From: Setoptus koraiensis
Taxonomy: Eukaryota > Animalia > Arthropoda
Assembly: GCA_048013815.1 (NCBI GenBank)
Contig: CM106585.1
Coordinates: 744,001 to 808,000, forward strand
DNA: 64,000 nucleotides
Direction: 5' to 3'
In this document: piece after piece, positions 62,068-64,000 of the stretch
Position numbering within the stretch: the stretch's first letter is position 1
Layout: the number at the start of each line of letters is the position of its first letter
Program-made: the position numbers and the translations under genes
Notes under the pieces: model-generated
The model's database searches: none
What the model saw: the letters and a program-made list of their open reading frames with translations, nothing else
Told to the model about the DNA's origin: nothing

Positions 62068-63957
62068 TTATGGAGATGGTGGCGCCAAAAGAGTTGGATT
62101 GGTTTCCTTTGTTATATGGTGACGACGCTCGGAACCGATCAACGCAGAGCTTCGCAGCAACTGATTGGATAATTGATTGGTCTTGGCAACAATTGTGGAA
62201 CTATCCTGATTGTCCTTAGCGCTATTTGCAAATGCATTTGCGGCCACACTCAAATTGGATCCAGCCGCTGTCGTTGATACTTTGTCACTTCCTGTCAGCA
62301 GATGTAATTGGCCTGAGTAATCATTGAGTGTTTTGGTTGTAAGTGTTGATGTTGTTGTTGGCAGATCAGGATTAGTGCTGGATGTTGCAATTGGATTGGT
62401 GGTTGCTGTACTGGCGACACCGGCAGTAGTGGGCAACTCACTAGTGGCAGTTGCCGTTATTGCGGGCACTAGCGCCTCGCTATCTTTGTCCTTCTTTAGT
62501 TGTGCCTTCAACTCTTTGTTTGCCTCCTTGGCCGAACTTACAGTGGACAATAGATAGTAAATGATGAGTATGAGCGATATGAGCAACGGTATAATAGCCC
62601 CAGGTGACGTTATATAATTGAGTATTGAATTGGCCTTTGGCGGCAACGATGCCTTAATTAATTTTGTCACCACTATGTACATGCGACATTCGCCACCGAA
62701 GGGACCACAGTGCCACGAGGGTCTCAACCAAACTGCTGCGTAAGCAACTGGCAAAATACAGATGAACAAATTAATCAACAATATCCAAAAGTAGAAATTG
62801 TTGGATCTTGACGCTTTGAATACTGTTTCGTGAGGTATATTACATGTTAGCACTGCCCACGAGCGAACGTACATAAGGACAGCTAATTTAACTGTATTTA
62901 TAGCTGGCAATCCTGGCGCAAAGAACATTCCCATCCAAACAGTGCTCTGATTGTTCACCAAGTGCAAGACATTTTCTGCCGTTTTAAAGTCGGCATAACC
63001 CGGCAGTTTACGCTCCAAATCCCAGAAGAAGAACCTGTTGCAGTAGCGCACAAAACAGGCACGCAAAAACTCAACCGTTACAGCCGACACAACTGTAAAC
63101 ACCAGATCTGTTACGACTATCTTGACCATCTCCTGGCCGAACATGGTCTCCCAGCACAATGATTTTAATTTGTCTTTCATGGTCTCATTCAGGCCACGGA
63201 TCTCCTCCGGTTTGAAGACGGGAATATCTTGACATTCGGAGTCGTTTAATTTACTTTTATCATTGGTCGCATTTGTTAATGCGGTCAAATTAAGTAGATT
63301 AATTGCATTATTTACGCACTCTATTGGCATTTCCTCAATTTCACCACTGACCGGTTGCCCAGCAACAGTCAACAACGGATTACTGGTGTTTGTTGAATCT
63401 ATTGGCGAATCGGCCACATTCGGCACTAGAGGAACGATGGTCGATGGTGGCAATGTAATCACAATCGAAGGATCTCTAGATTCGGGTTGACTGACTGATC
63501 CTAGCGGGGGTGTAGCCTCTGCAGGCGACTCCTGATTGACACCAACTACGCCATCGACATTGGCAATTCCTTTCATTGTGATCACTGTCGAATTCTGACT
63601 GTCGCCCATAGGCTGGTCAACGGCATTGATGCCACTATTGGTCAGTTGGGTATTTCTGTCTGTTAAGAGTGTAGTGACAGGTTCATTTGGAGTGGTTGTG
63701 ACAGCCTCGTTAGTTTGATCACCTCCAACACCACTGGTTGTTGGTTGATTAGATTGATCAGTGGTTGATTTTGTTTGTTGTTGTTGATCATCTCTGTTTG
63801 TCTGAGAGCTTGTTGCTAATTGTTTGCTAGTATCCTGTGATGGGATAGTCGCCGGTTGGCCTGTCACTATTATTGGCCTGGTTAGAACCGATGGCTGTCG
63901 AGCGCCATACGGTCTAGTTCTGCCTCCGTGGGGCCGATTTCTAATTGCATATGCCAA
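62068..63957 (-). CDS. Tmc: Transmembrane channel-like (TMC) protein, large terminal exon; gene continues beyond window end
   Basis: TMC signature CWETMFGQEMVKIVVTDL, DFKTAENVLHLVNNQSTVWMGMFFAP, VFKASRSNNFY and PSWHCGPF. The track start is TTG with an in-frame stop upstream, so the true exon start is a splice acceptor near 63.9 kb (exact site uncertain). Confidence 0.95.
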   Translation of the reverse strand: MAYAIRNRPHGGRTRPYGARQPSVLTRPIIVTGQPATIPSQDTSKQLATSSQTNRDDQQQQTKSTTDQSNQPTTSGVGGDQTNEAVTTTPNEPVTTLLTDRNTQLTNSGINAVDQPMGDSQNSTVITMKGIANVDGVVGVNQESPAEATPPLGSVSQPESRDPSIVITLPPSTIVPLVPNVADSPIDSTNTSNPLLTVAGQPVSGEIEEMPIECVNNAINLLNLTALTNATNDKSKLNDSECQDIPVFKPEEIRGLNETMKDKLKSLCWETMFGQEMVKIVVTDLVFTVVSAVTVEFLRACFVRYCNRFFFWDLERKLPGYADFKTAENVLHLVNNQSTVWMGMFFAPGLPAINTVKLAVLMYVRSWAVLTCNIPHETVFKASRSNNFYFWILLINLFICILPVAYAAVWLRPSWHCGPFGGECRMYIVVTKLIKASLPPKANSILNYITSPGAIIPLLISLILIIYYLLSTVSSAKEANKELKAQLKKDKDSEALVPAITATATSELPTTAGVASTATTNPIATSSTNPDLPTTTSTLTTKTLNDYSGQLHLLTGSDKVSTTAAGSNLSVAANAFANSAKDNQDSSTIVAKTNQLSNQLLRSSALIGSERRHHITKETNPTLLAPPSP

Positions 63958-64000
63958 TTCAGTAAGACGGTAGTGTTGTAGACATTGTCAGATATTGATA

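Noticed and set aside
62324-63490. + strand ORFs opposite the TMC exon
   Set aside because: Antisense shadows of low-complexity coding sequence.

Overview
Eukaryotic (arthropod, probably mite/chelicerate; taxon is an inference) genomic DNA with no prokaryotic features, CRISPR arrays or recognisable rRNA/tRNA genes. (1) 1-17 kb: first coding exon of a myosuppressin-receptor-like neuropeptide GPCR (minus strand, 16657-15519) with a ~355-aa N-terminus. TM2-7 are not visible in the window, implying a very long intron. (2) 17-55 kb: a gene-poor stretch with three short TIR elements (one a clean hAT-type MITE with an 8-bp TSD), long microsatellites, several perfect palindromes and a few intronless orphan ORFs that look secreted or membrane-bound. 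It also holds a cryptic ~505-codon signal-peptide-to-TM gene (54112-52595) broken by one in-frame stop and two compensating frameshifts, which the ORF track shows only as three fragments. (3) 55.9-64 kb: a very compact cluster of a reduced phosducin-like protein 1, an orphan with a C-terminal PIP box, VMA21, a 5-exon pyridoxal kinase, a 66-aa PNRC-motif microprotein, and the large last exon of a TMC channel that continues beyond the window. I found no clear new multi-gene system. The best leads are the broken or recoded membrane-protein gene, the PIP-box orphan, the motif-eroded PhLP1 and the orphan secreted proteins.
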